DNA of 63,988 nucleotides, the filler included, from Dimargaris cristalligena (lineage: Eukaryota), in assembly GCA_003614675.1 (NCBI GenBank). It is 3 parts of 3 records of this genome, joined end to end, with 100 filler letters (N's around TTAATTAATTAA, not from the genome) between each part and the next. Parts side by side here need not be neighbours in the genome. Positions count along the whole stretch, not along the records: positions 1 to 21,625 come from ML002658.1; positions 21,726 to 43,327 come from ML002659.1; 1 more part is not named here. One strand, given 5' to 3'. The position numbers and the translations under genes are program-made. The notes below the pieces were generated by a model. It saw only the letters and a program-made list of their open reading frames with translations, had not been told where the DNA came from and searched no databases. Position 1 is the first letter of the stretch. Each line of letters begins with the position of its first letter. Positions 12,963 to 24,018 of the stretch are shown here, in pieces.

Positions 12963-14618
12963 ATGGGACATTCAGACGAAATGCCCACCTCGAAGGGCGA
13001 ACTGGCCAGCGGCCGTAGCTCCCCCGAGGCCAAGCCTACCCAAACCTTCGATGGCCTACCGCCCCCCTACTCCGATGAAACCGAGTTAGGGAAGAAGGAG
13101 GATGTGGGCTCTATTGATGGAGATGGTGGTCAACCACAGTCCGGCCAACTCCAGCGTACCCTCAAGGAACGCCATATGACCATGATTGCCATCGGCGGTA
13201 CCATCGGTACGGGTCTGTTCATCGGGTCCGGTACGGCTCTGGCTGACGCCGGACCAGCGGGGTGCCTGATGGCCTACCTGCTGGTCGGTATCATGGTGTT
13301 TTTCGTGATGAGTTCGTTGGGTGAACTGGCCACTTATATCCCCGTGCCCGGTTCTTTCAACACTTACGGTGGTCGGTTCATCGACCCCGCGTTCGGCTTC
13401 GCGCTCGGCTGGAACTACTGGTTTTCGTGGACGGTGACGGTGGCTTCCGAATTGGTGGCCACGGGCATTATCATCCAGTTCTGGTTACCGCACGTGACGG
13501 GTATTATTTGGAGTGCCATTGCCATGATCATCATGTTTGCCCTCAACGCCTTTTCGGTCAAGGGCTATGGTGAGTCCGAGTACTGGTTCTCGCTTATCAA
13601 GGTCGTTGCCGTGGTGGTCTTTATCATCGTGGGTGTCTTCACCGACGCTGGTGTCATTGGTGGCTACAAGTACGGCTTCGAGAACTGGACCCGTCCCGAA
13701 GGTCCCTTCAACGATGGTGCCGTCGGAATTATCAAGAGTTTCCTGGTCGCCGGTTTCTCGTTCCAAGGTACCGAGCTAGTCGGTGTAGCGGCGGGTGAGA
13801 GTGAAAACCCGCGCCGGGACGTGCCCCGGGCTATCCGCCAGGTGTTTTGGCGTATTCTGATCTTCTACATTCTGGCTACTTTCGTGATGGGTCTTATTAT
13901 TCCCTATGACGAGCCGCTACTGGTCAAGGCCGAGAGTGTGGGTGATGTGGGTATTTCGCCCTTTACGCTTGTGTTCCAAAAATCTGGCATGAAGCCCGCC
14001 GCCCATATTATGAACGCAGTTATCCTGATCACGGTCCTGTCCGCCGGTAACTCGGGTCTGTACTGCTGTGCTCGCACGCTGTGGACGCTGTCCATGGAGG
14101 GCAAGGCCCCCGCTTTTCTGCGCAAGGTGTCCAAGAACGGTATCCCCGTCAACTGCCTGCTCGTCACCACGGCCGTGTCCACCCTTTTCTTCAGCCTGTC
14201 CTTCATTGGCAACAAGGTGGTGTACGGCTGGCTGGTTAATATCTCGGGTATTACCGGGTTTATGGCCTGGCTGGGTATTGCCGTGAGCCACTGGCGATTC
14301 CGTCGTGCGTACGTTGCCCAGGGTTACGACGTCGGTGCTCTGCCCTACCGCGCCCTCTGGTTCCCCGTCGGCCCCATTATCGCTGTCCTCATCACGTCGT
14401 TTGTCATCTTGGGCCAGGGTTACCCGTCCTTTAGTAATGGGTTCGATGCGGCCACCTTCTTTTCCTCCTACTTGGGTCTGCCCATTTTCATCAGTCTCTT
14501 CGTCGTGTGGCGGGTTTTGAAGCGCACCCGCCTTATCCCGCTCGTGGACGTGGATGTGGTGTCCGACACCCGCGTATTCGACGACATTGTCATGACCGAG
14601 GTGGTAGAGTCGCATTAA
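12963..14618 (+). CDS. APC-superfamily amino-acid permease, LysP/YAT-like, 551 aa, intronless CDS
   Basis: Motifs LQRTLKERHMTMIAIGGTIGTGLF, GFALGWNYW, GFSFQGTELVGVAAGESENP and VLSAGNSG; about 12 hydrophobic segments. Confidence 0.95.
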   Translation: MGHSDEMPTSKGELASGRSSPEAKPTQTFDGLPPPYSDETELGKKEDVGSIDGDGGQPQSGQLQRTLKERHMTMIAIGGTIGTGLFIGSGTALADAGPAGCLMAYLLVGIMVFFVMSSLGELATYIPVPGSFNTYGGRFIDPAFGFALGWNYWFSWTVTVASELVATGIIIQFWLPHVTGIIWSAIAMIIMFALNAFSVKGYGESEYWFSLIKVVAVVVFIIVGVFTDAGVIGGYKYGFENWTRPEGPFNDGAVGIIKSFLVAGFSFQGTELVGVAAGESENPRRDVPRAIRQVFWRILIFYILATFVMGLIIPYDEPLLVKAESVGDVGISPFTLVFQKSGMKPAAHIMNAVILITVLSAGNSGLYCCARTLWTLSMEGKAPAFLRKVSKNGIPVNCLLVTTAVSTLFFSLSFIGNKVVYGWLVNISGITGFMAWLGIAVSHWRFRRAYVAQGYDVGALPYRALWFPVGPIIAVLITSFVILGQGYPSFSNGFDAATFFSSYLGLPIFISLFVVWRVLKRTRLIPLVDVDVVSDTRVFDDIVMTEVVESH

Positions 14619-15933
14619 TTGACAGATTAACATCGACAGGGGGTAAACTCTTGTACCACAATCACCTTCTCCACCCACTCCCATTCCGTTGAGCTTTCCT
14701 ACGACTTCGTTCTTCTGCCTTCACCCCTTCGTCCCCACATTAGCCATCTCGTACCACCCAACCGTGTCAATTATTGTCTCGGCACCATTGCGTTTCAGCT
14801 CTCCTTTTGTCCAGCTATTGGACACTAATGATTATTGTATCCCCTCACCCTCTACCACTCACCTTCTCTTCGTTTTTCTTGAATCCTCGCGTCTTTTTTA
14901 ATCTTTCCAGTTCCACTTACTATTATTTTTTATATATCGACTGGTTAATCCTGCTATTTATCTTGCCACAGACTTGGATATCTTTGGTATTTATGCCCTT
15001 CCTTCTGCCACTGGTCGGTTAATGCGAAGGTATGGGCTATAGCTGTTACATACTCGAGTCGCAGCGTGGAACCCATTGGTGTACGTTGGTGTATCATTGC
15101 TTCCCTTCCCAGCTTGTATTATCTTTGATATGTCCTTGCTATCTTTTCTTCTACCTTTGCGCTAGTTGGTTAACCACAGTGACAGCATTACGTCCCACCA
15201 TTTAAACCGACTACTATTGTCGCCTGCTTCGTTTGTTGGTCGACTACGTTCGTTTATTTTATGCTCTTATAGCTAGTCTGAGCTGATTAAATTCTAATAT
15301 TCAAAAACTCGGTTAGTAGGTAGTGCTCAGTGCTGCATGTAGCAATGTTGAATAAATACTATTAGGATAATGAAAGGAAGGGGCTGTTGGAGCTCCAGTT
15401 TAGCAGGCGTTCAACGTTACAGTTTATTGGGGCCCTCTTAGGGAATAGTATGATTTGTGTTTATCAGCTACACTTAAAGAATGGTATTTAAATGTGGTGT
15501 ATTGCCCAAGAATGGTGGATTTTTAATGGGAGGTGAAGAAATATGGACAATCGTATGGTTTTAATATTTGCACTTGATGTATTAACTAACCAGGATTACT
15601 ATGGTACGGTGTTCTGGTTGTGGAGGAGTTGGCCAAGCCAGTGTGACTACTACCCCTTTGAGTCATCCACTGACATGGTCATTATTGGGGTTTAGTAGAT
15701 CTTCTGGTATAACCGCTGTCCTTTATCCGTTTCTCCCACAGGCCTTGTCCTTTCAATTTTACTCTCCGTAACTTCTGGCATTCCATTTCCTTTTTCCAAG
15801 GCGGCTTCAACTTTTTGTTTCATGTCCACCGTATTCGATTTAAACCCCATCACCACGTTCTAGTACATTGGGCCCACTTACGGAATCACCCTACCCTACC
15901 CGCTACGCTTATCCAATTCCCCGTTTAGTTAGC

Positions 15934-18158
15934 ATGGCCCCGACCACCCCCCGCAAGCGTCCGACGCGCTCATCCGCGCGCGCACGTCAAGATCAGTCCG
16001 AGTCGTCAACCTCTCCCCCCGACAGCCGCACCGGGTCGCGCCATACCCCCGTCAGCCGGCGCCCAGTTCGGGCCTCCACTACAGCCACCAAAGGGTCCCC
16101 TATTTCCCCGACCAGCGGCCTGGGACCGACCCGGCGGGGTGCCGCTGGGAAGATGGGGGGCGCCAACCCCCGACATCAACCATCGGCCTCCCCCCCAACC
16201 GGGTCGCCCGGGGGCAGCCCACCGGCCCCGAGCGACAATCGACTCTTGCCGGTTACCCGTTCCCGTACAACACCGCGCCGAGTACCGTCCGCAGCGACCA
16301 CCAAACCCAATCTTCGGGATTATACCGATTCAGAAGAGGAAGACGAGGACTCCGATGGTGGGGTGGTGGATAGTGAGAAGGGGGGGCGCGGTAATGGCAG
16401 AAAGCCGGCTGGGTCTGACGAAGAGGAATACGATGTTATTGACAAGGATGGCCGCACCAACCAACCTCTCGCCACTCAGCCTACCAATAGTAGCAGTAGT
16501 CCAGGCCCCAAGAACCCCCTGCGAAAGGGCACTCCCCAGAAAACCGTGATTGAGGATGATGACGGCTCCATGGAAGAAGATGATGAGGAGGACGAAGAGG
16601 AGGTGGATGACAACGTCGAGGAAGAGGTGGAAGACGAGAATGACGAAGACGACGGCATGGACGAAGACGTGGCCCAGGATTCCAATAACGAAGGTAAGTT
16701 TTTTAAAATAACCCCATAATTTAACTTAATGGCATTGGCAATACTAACAGTGCCTTGAGACTACTCGGGGCCACCCCCTAGACTGGTTATGCATCCAGTT
16801 ACGCGACCTTCCTTCTCACGTACTGATGTTTACTGTATTTGGTTAAAATGGGTTTCTTCCGACGATCATACGAATACCTCTCCCTCCCCCACACATACAC
16901 GCGCGCGCGTTTTTCGGCATTCCCTAGACATGTAAGTAGACTCTATTATAAGACGCCTTACCCTGCCCCTTATCTACACTTCAACTCGGCTGGGTAACCT
17001 AACGATTTGTTTTATACTCAAATTTTTTACTCCCTCAAAATTTGACCCTCCCTGGATCATCTTGATTAATCCCGGTAGTTTTAGCAGCGACGACGAGCTT
17101 TCGTTCGCCACTGAGCGGACTTCTCAGCCAATGACCAAACGTCAGAAGGCTAAACTGAGCGACGGGCCGAAGGAAGAGCTTTTAATGCTGCCAGCAGGTA
17201 TGTGCTATGGTATTCACTTATCCGGTAATTGTCCTGTTCGTAATCTGGAAGCTACTATCTTCTCGGCGGTACGAAGTTGTTTATTGAAGTACGACTGCTC
17301 GGGCACTTTATTAATACAATATAAATATGTCGATTTCTATATATATATATTGATGTACTTGGGTGTTGGCCGTCTCCACAGAATCCAAAAAGAAGGTGAT
17401 GACTAAAGAAGAACTCGCTCTGAAACGATCGGAGAATGCTCGGCGGCGTAAGTTCCAGACCATGAAAAAAATTGAGCAGGACCAGGTATGTATAAATTCA
17501 CTCATTGACGTCCGATACGTAAACAACCGCGGATTTTACTTATTTCATTCGTCCACATCCGAAATCACTTACGAATTACTAATATTTAAATGCGATGTAC
17601 TCTATTTTTTATTGTCTTTATTATCCTACTCATGCCTTATCATTTCGGCGAGTTGCCTTAGATGGACACGATCAACCGACTGCTAAAGAAGCAAGCGAGC
17701 AAACGGTCCCGCAAGGACGATGCCGACCAGGTTAGTTTCGATAGGACTCAATTTGGCCACTTTACATTAGTGGTGCTTTTATGGATAATGCCCAAGTATT
17801 TTCGGAAATTGATGGTGGCTAACATTCCCCCCCCCCCTACCCTTTGTATTTCCCCTTTACATATCATCATGGCACTTCGGACCCATTCTGGCAACAGGAT
17901 GGTGACGAAGTCGAGGCCCAAACTGCATTTCCCCAGGATATCCGCTTGGTGGTTCGGCCCGACCTGTCTCTACTCGCAATTCCAATGGACTGCATTGTAC
18001 TTAGCTCTATCAATCTATCGACCCGGCCGGCACCAAGGGCCGTCCCATTGTGTTCTTTCAAACCTTGCACGCAAACCAAAAAGTACACACATCCCAACAA
18101 GTCGTTTAATGCATGTTCTTTGGACCATTACAAAATGCTGTTGGCCGCCGATCCATAA
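15934..18158 (+). CDS. IES2: INO80 complex subunit B / Ies2 (PAPA-1 domain, C-terminal HIT-like finger)
   Basis: Exons 15934-16693, 16928-16931, 17079-17197, 17382-17485, 17662-17730, 17898-18158; all GT-AG with consistent phases. Motifs MTKRQKAK, EELALKRSENARRRK...DTINRLLKKQ and CSFKPC...KY...ACSLDHYK. Confidence 0.85.
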
Positions 18159-19491
18159 AATCCAGATTGGACCTACCCGATGTCTTCGATTTATTTTTTA
18201 TTTTTTGAGATTTCGCAATACCTTTTTAAGTCCCTTCCCCAGCCTCCGCATAAGTATTTCGGAGAGTCTGCCTACCCCAAACTGGTATTGCCTTTGAGCT
18301 TTATATGACACTGCTCTATTGGGGAGACTACACACCCGACAATAGCGTAGTCCTCACTACTTCATTCATATTACGGATTAATGTTGTGGGGGTAGCGGGG
18401 CCTGGGGATGGGCTGTTGCTTCAACTGTGGGCCCCTCCCGTCGAAAGTGATTATTAACATTTTGAAATTGTGTATAGTAAAATATATTAGTGTGTGTATT
18501 AATATGATCGAGTGTGGTATGGCCAAGTATACATAATGGTTAGAAGGAGGCCTTCAAGGCTAGTAGGAACAGGTGTCCTATGGTATCTCTCCTACCGTTT
18601 ACTTAGGTCTAGTAAATATTTGTATATATAGTTATTTTTCTGAGGCGAATTAATTAGCGGCATGGGCTATTTCCCAATATAAAAGTGTTATCTATAAGAT
18701 GAGAACGTACCACTGATTCACAACCAAATATACCCAATTCCGATTGCTGTACACATGGGGGTTAAACACCCTCCTCTGAAGATACAAATGTGGCCCAAGG
18801 AAGGTGCCCTACTAGGAATTCCCAATTTGTAGGGGGAAGGCCAGGCCCCACCACATAATAAAAGCCTCGTGTTTGGTGGCCTAAGTTTTGTTGGAGGAAC
18901 TGTCCCAATAATTCATTTTATCCATACCAAGTCAAAAGAATAGAGACTAGAGATCAGGGACCTTCCTAGGTGATTATTGCTTAAAGCATGTGAATGTAAT
19001 GCTCACAGGAAATAAAAGCAGTTCTTGAGGCTATATGTCCATATATTTGATTTTGGTGATACTTTTTCCTATAGTCTCTACAGAGTGGTGGTCTATGTAT
19101 CTATAATGGAGTATTTAGATCTTATTTAAAATATATTATTTATTTGGGCCAAATATGGGGGAGCTCCAATATGATTGATTAATCTATAATCCATTTGATG
19201 AGATGGGGCCCACTGGTTAACAATAATGCTGCTGCAAATATTCATGGTTATATCATATTTAAAGTTATACATGTTTTTATCAAATATTACATAAATAAAG
19301 TTTTTATTATACAGCTTAGCTGAACCTCCCCCATTTACATTACCCTGGACTGTAAAGAACTGAAATCATAATCCTTGAAAACTAAACTTTATTTGAAAAA
19401 TGGATTATAAAAAGGGAAAGGTGATGATAGACTTGCTGTTCCAAGAGGTGGTAGCAAGGGGGAGTATTTATACTCAAAAGGGGAAGCCTAA

Positions 19492-20080
19492 TATCACCCA
19501 AGTTAACTACTCTTAGTCTGTCAAGAGTCTCAGGGATAGGCTTCTAATGGTAGGTGGGGCTTCAGCTTGGCCAAGTGGGCTACTAGCATCAGGTATAGAC
19601 ACAGTACTAACTAATAAAGGCTTAGGCAACTGGGTATGCAAGGGATGTGCAGTGGGCATACTTATTGGTCAGTATAAGGGGGTGAGTATATAAAAAGTTT
19701 ATTGAGGTAAACTAGGGGGTCAGAATAAGCTAAGGAATCTAACTAGTCCCAATGGGGCCCAGTTATATATATGCAGGGGACAATTCCAGAGAGAGGTCCC
19801 TAGGGGAAGGTACACTTAAGATTAATAATATGAGGAATAAGCTAACTGGAAAGCCATGAGGACCTGGAAGACTCTAATGGTAACCAGAAGAGTCTTTGGA
19901 TTACCACTTGAGTGATTGGTGCAAAGAGGTGGAGTCTGGAAGGGGAAGGGTTATATAATATAGAAGGATCCCCTAGTACTGGGGGGGGGAAACTATGGGA
20001 AGTTACATATGGCACTATATGGCTGGAGTCGGGACAGACAATCACTTTGTCTGGGTTAAGGCAGATTAGAAGGGATGACA
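19492..20080 (+). mobile_element. Solo LTR, family A (589 bp)
   Basis: Termini TA (decayed TG)...TGACA; perfect flanking 5-bp TSD CCTAA at 19487-19491 and 20081-20085; homologous to five other copies in the window. Confidence 0.9.
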
Positions 20081-20343
20081 CCTAAATGAAAAGGTAGATA
20101 AATAATAGAGAAAGTGAGAGAAGGTCCCAGAATATTGGATGACTAAGCAAAGGGAAAGGGAGGGGAGTTCCCAGATAATAATATTAGTCATCACAAAGGA
20201 TAAGTAATACTCAGGTAACCAATAAATTCAGTGTGAAATAATAGAAGGGAAAAAGGGGAAAAGAGAAAGTTATTTTTAACTATACTTTAAACAGGAGCAC
20301 AGTTGGGCCAGGGGCAGTGTGAATGCAGGGGTACAGTCCAGTT

Positions 20344-20436
20344 AGGGGCTCATTCACTCATCAGGGGCATACTTTATATAAGTGCAAAAAATAAATAAAA
20401 AATAAAAGTAGGTAAAAATATGGTAAGTTCATCACA
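20344..20436 (+). repeat. Dispersed repeat family B, probably an LTR 3' end (ends ...TCACA)
   Basis: Matches the reverse complement of 63882-63975 (AGGGGCTCATTCACTCATCAGGGGC...GGTAAGTT). Confidence 0.75.
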
Positions 20437-20473
20437 AGCCCTCTAATCTACCAAAAAATCTAAAAGTAAGAAC

Positions 20474-20478
20474 AAAAA
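20474..20478 (-). terminator. Pol III oligo-T terminator of tRNA-Leu
   Basis: TTTTT on the minus strand a few nt downstream of the tRNA 3' end. Confidence 0.7.
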
Positions 20479-20481
20479 TAA

Positions 20482-20564
20482 TGAGCAGAGTGGGATTCGA
20501 ACCCACGCCTACAAAGTAGACTGCGACCTGAACGCAGCGCCTTAGACCGCTCGGCCATCTGCCC
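20482..20564 (-). tRNA. tRNA-Leu, anticodon CAG, intronless
   Basis: Acceptor stem GGGCAGA/TCTGCTC, D-arm TGGCCGAGCGGTCTAAGGC, anticodon arm CTGCG-TTCAGGT-CGCAG, long variable arm, T-arm GTGGGTTCGAATCCCAC. Confidence 0.97.
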
Positions 20565-20693
20565 CATAATTTTTGTTGTGATAGGTACTAAACACCCTTA
20601 AGCTTTGGTGATGTCACCGATGATGTACCTTATGACCATTAATCAAATTATCCCCTTTTTACTATATTTAGTTTAGTTTATCAATTTCAATAC

Positions 20694-20770
20694 TATATCA
20701 TATCCATATTTCATCTATCACATTATATATCATATCCATATTTCATCTATCACATTATATATCATATTCA
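20694..20770. repeat. 32-bp tandem repeat, about 2.4 copies
   Basis: TATATCATATCCATATTTCATCTATCACATTA at 20694 and 20726, with a partial third copy at 20758. Confidence 0.9.
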
Positions 20771-21556
20771 TATTCATATATCTCTTTATATATCACTTAT
20801 GCCATCTATTTCTCTTTTATCTTAAGTATATAATAGCAGAACTGGCATAGATATAATAATCCATTATATCTACCACACAATATTTCTAGGGTATAAATAC
20901 CCCTTCAAATCACAACTTGAATAAAGCATTTTAATTTTGTACTTATTTACTTAGTTGTCATGACCGGTAAATTTGAACTATATAAATAACCCACCATATA
21001 AGTAAAAAAACCCATATCAACAAATGGGTAAAATTAATATCCAACATTACTAAGATATATACCCATCACCCTACTATGTTTTATTTCCCAGTGTTTATTC
21101 CTCATATTATCTAGTTACTGATTTGTATCTATTAGTTATTATCATTCTTCCCCTGCCCCTTGGGTTGGGATATAACCCCAACCATTTTCCCTTAGCTTAC
21201 TCTTCAGCTTGCAACTCCTCTTTGTTTTCCTTTTCTGATATCTAGTTTAATAAATCCTAATTCCATCCTTCAAAGTCCCGCCTGTCTTATGGTACCTGGC
21301 CTCATCTTTAGCTCATCATAACATTAGTATAGAATTGTATCGACTTATAGTCTACAGTTCTCTGCCTATTTCAGACTATTGATTATTATTTACTAGTGTC
21401 TAGGTATTTTTAGCTACTCTATAGCCATTGCAACTTTTTATTTATTCTACTTCATCAAGTTTTTCCCATCACTGTACAATATTGTGGTGTGGCAGAGTGA
21501 CTATAATAGAAATAATAGGTGTGAATGCCTTATAATTGAACTTAAAAGACAATAAG

Positions 21557-21625
21557 TGTCACCCGAGTTAACCACTCTTAGTCCGTCAAGAGTCTCGGGG
21601 GTAGGCTTCTAACAGTAGGCGGGGC
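21557..21625 (+). mobile_element. LTR family A 5' end, truncated by assembly gap (least decayed copy)
   Basis: TGTCACCCGAGTTAACCACTCTTAGTCCGTCAAGAG...; keeps CpGs that other copies have lost. Confidence 0.88.
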
Positions 21626-21725
21626 NNNNNNNNNNNNNNNNNNNNNNNNNNNNNNNNNNNNNNNNNNNNTTAATTAATTAANNNNNNNNNNNNNNNNNNN
21701 NNNNNNNNNNNNNNNNNNNNNNNNN
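21626..21725. other. Assembly gap with TTAATTAATTAA linker
   Basis: 44 N + TTAATTAATTAA (21670-21681) + 44 N. Confidence 0.98.
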
Positions 21726-21795
21726 ACCAAAAGGTCGCCTGCCTGAGATTCACATTAAATAAAACTCTACTTCATCTGAGTTACGGCCCTCAACA
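21726..21795 (-). repeat. Dispersed repeat family C fragment next to the gap
   Basis: Reverse complement matches 53193-53255 (ACTCAGATGAAGTAGAGTTTTATTTAA...GACCTTTTGGT). Confidence 0.75.
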
Positions 21796-22715
21796 CACAC
21801 GCGCTCCATTACATTGCCTATGGAAAGCAGCGATGCTATTCAATATGTATTTATGACAAATGCTGTGGGATATGCGAAGATAGAGGAGGTGGGTATAAAG
21901 TATAGTAAGCCAATGTCGATCCATCGCTATTAAAAGGGCCATAAAAGCTAAAGCACTAGTAGCAAGAATAGTACCTGGGATAACTAGGATAAATAAAATA
22001 AAAAGAAGGGCAAATAAGGGTTGGGTAGAAAAGCCGAGCAAAAATGGCCATGTAGAGTAGACCAACGAAATAGCAATACTTGGCTAGCTCTATACGAACT
22101 GGGAGGGAGAGATGCGATTAAAAGAAGCCACACAAGCGAAAATAAGGCTACACCATCGAAGATTAAGGGCTAGCCCGATTAACAACTATTGGGTAGAGGT
22201 GAACACAGGCAAGGTGACAAATAAAGTAAATGGTTTCAGAGGCTAGGTGACAACAGTTTTAAACAGCAGCAGGGAGTGATGGAATAAAGAGGACTCTTGG
22301 TCAATTTGGGGGTTGGGAAGGAATAGCACTATTCAAATAAGACAGCTGCTAGAGTAAAGCAAGGTACTGGAAGGAGTGAACGTGGAGGTGTAGATACAGC
22401 GACATCCAGGTTTAGGTTGCAGGGCAGAGAAGCTAGCGAAAATTAGACCAATCTCAAAGAGACGGGCTAAAATGAACCCAGTTAAACCATCATGGATGTC
22501 CTTGCGGGTTGGAAGAATCGATAGCCTACATTTACTCCATCAAGGGCCAATCAATCTTGGGTGCTAAATTATTGGCATACGATAAACGGGCGGGAAATAT
22601 CCATTGATGAACGACACAGGAAAAGAGGACGACGAGCAAAAAGCAATTGGAGAAATTCGAAACAAACTTAGAAACGCAAATAAGACCAAAAATAAACAAA
22701 CCGAATGCGTAGTGA

Positions 22716-22759
22716 AATAATAATAATAATAATAGTAGTAGTAGTAGTAGTAGTAGTAG
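22716..22759. repeat. (TAA)n(TAG)n microsatellite downstream of ARF6
   Basis: Trinucleotide run visible directly. Confidence 0.9.
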
Positions 22760-22881
22760 GCTAGAAAGGGGGCGGGGCGCATAGGAGAGGCGGGTATGGG
22801 GAGAGATGCTAATATGGTGGATGGGGTGACATTCCAAATACATTAAAGTGGGCCGGGGGTTGTGGTCTCACTGAGATCCAT

Positions 22882-24018
22882 TTATTTGGCCGGGGTTTTG
22901 ATGTTCTGACTCAGCCAATTCAGACCTTCGAACAGACCCTCACCCGTGGTAGCGCAAGACGGGTGTACATACCAGAGGCGTTCCCGGATACGGGTAAGTC
23001 CTAGGGCATCCGTCACTTCGGTCGGGCTCATCGCCTCGGGGAGATCCTGCTTGTTGGCAAACACCAGCAGGAGGCAGTCCCGCATTTCACGATCGCCGAT
23101 GATGCGGTGCAGTTCCTGGCGGGCTTCTTCAATACGGTCCTTGTCGGCCGAATCAACCACGAAAATGAGACCCTGCGTACCGGTGTAGTAATGACGCCAC
23201 AGAGGACGGATTTTATCTTGACCACCGACATCCTATTAGGTGGGAAGGGTGTTAGCAAGCGGGGTATTATATTAGTACATGTATACCACCAATATAGGTT
23301 ACAATAGTGAACCCGGAGTAGTTTATGTCTAGTCGACCAGTTACTAGAAAGGATAGGCCAGTCCAGTCACGTTGGTTACACCAGCCTCTGAAAGGTTCCA
23401 CCAAGGAATAGTCACTTACCCAGACGTTGAATTTGACGTTCTTGTAGGTGACAGTTTCGACATTAAACCCCACGGTTGGAATCGTCGTGACGGACTGATT
23501 AAGCTTCAGCTTGTACAATATCGCTAAAGTGGCAATAATAAGCGGTGAAGAGTGGGTGATGATAGATGCGTTAGATTTTGGTCCCAAGGTAAGATTAAGA
23601 AACCGGAAAGGATTTCAGGGATGCGCGACTCCAAAAATTGAATCAGGCTTCCCACTTCCAATATTGCCATGGCTAGACAAAGTGCAGTAGGGTAAGGTCA
23701 GTTGCACAGCCGATAATTCGGGTGCGACAGCATACCCCTCTAACTGCTAACGTTTCTAGTACCTGTATTCCTTGTCCTATAGGCCTATAGCAGCCGCTGA
23801 ACTGGGGGTGATTGGGAGGAAGCCAAGTACCACCAGGTCGGGCTGGGCTGAGTCCCACCGCTCTGTCCTATCGGAAGTAGATTGTAACTAGTAGCTGTAG
23901 AAAGGGGGATGAATAAGGACTTACTGGTTTTACCGGCGGCATCAAGACCCAACATCAGGATACGCATTTCCCGGTTGCCGAAGATTTTGTGCATAAACTT
24001 GGAGACGGAGATACCCAT
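22882..24018 (-). CDS. ARF6: ADP-ribosylation factor 6
   Basis: Exons 24018-23925, 23523-23420, 23232-22882. MG myristoylation start, [33 protein letters not shown], and ARF6-type [12 protein letters not shown] and [14 protein letters not shown]. Confidence 0.96.

Noticed and set aside
13917..14684. 255-aa antisense ORF over the permease (similarly 50634-51422 over adenosine kinase)
   Set aside because: Shadow ORFs caused by GC3-rich codon bias of the real gene; no motifs.
20482..20564. tRNA(CAG) as a sign of CUG reassignment
   Set aside because: It has a Leu-type A discriminator, and CTG codons fall at conserved Leu positions (e.g. GTGLF in the permease).
20694..20770. 32-bp repeats as a CRISPR array
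   Set aside because: Head-to-tail with no spacers, eukaryotic context and no cas genes.
21670..21681. TTAATTAATTAA palindrome inside N runs (also 43372-43383)
   Set aside because: Identical 44N-12-44N layout twice; an artificial scaffold linker with stops in all frames.
22564..22782. Poly-Tyr and poly-Leu ORFs
   Set aside because: Translations of the (TAA)n(TAG)n microsatellite.
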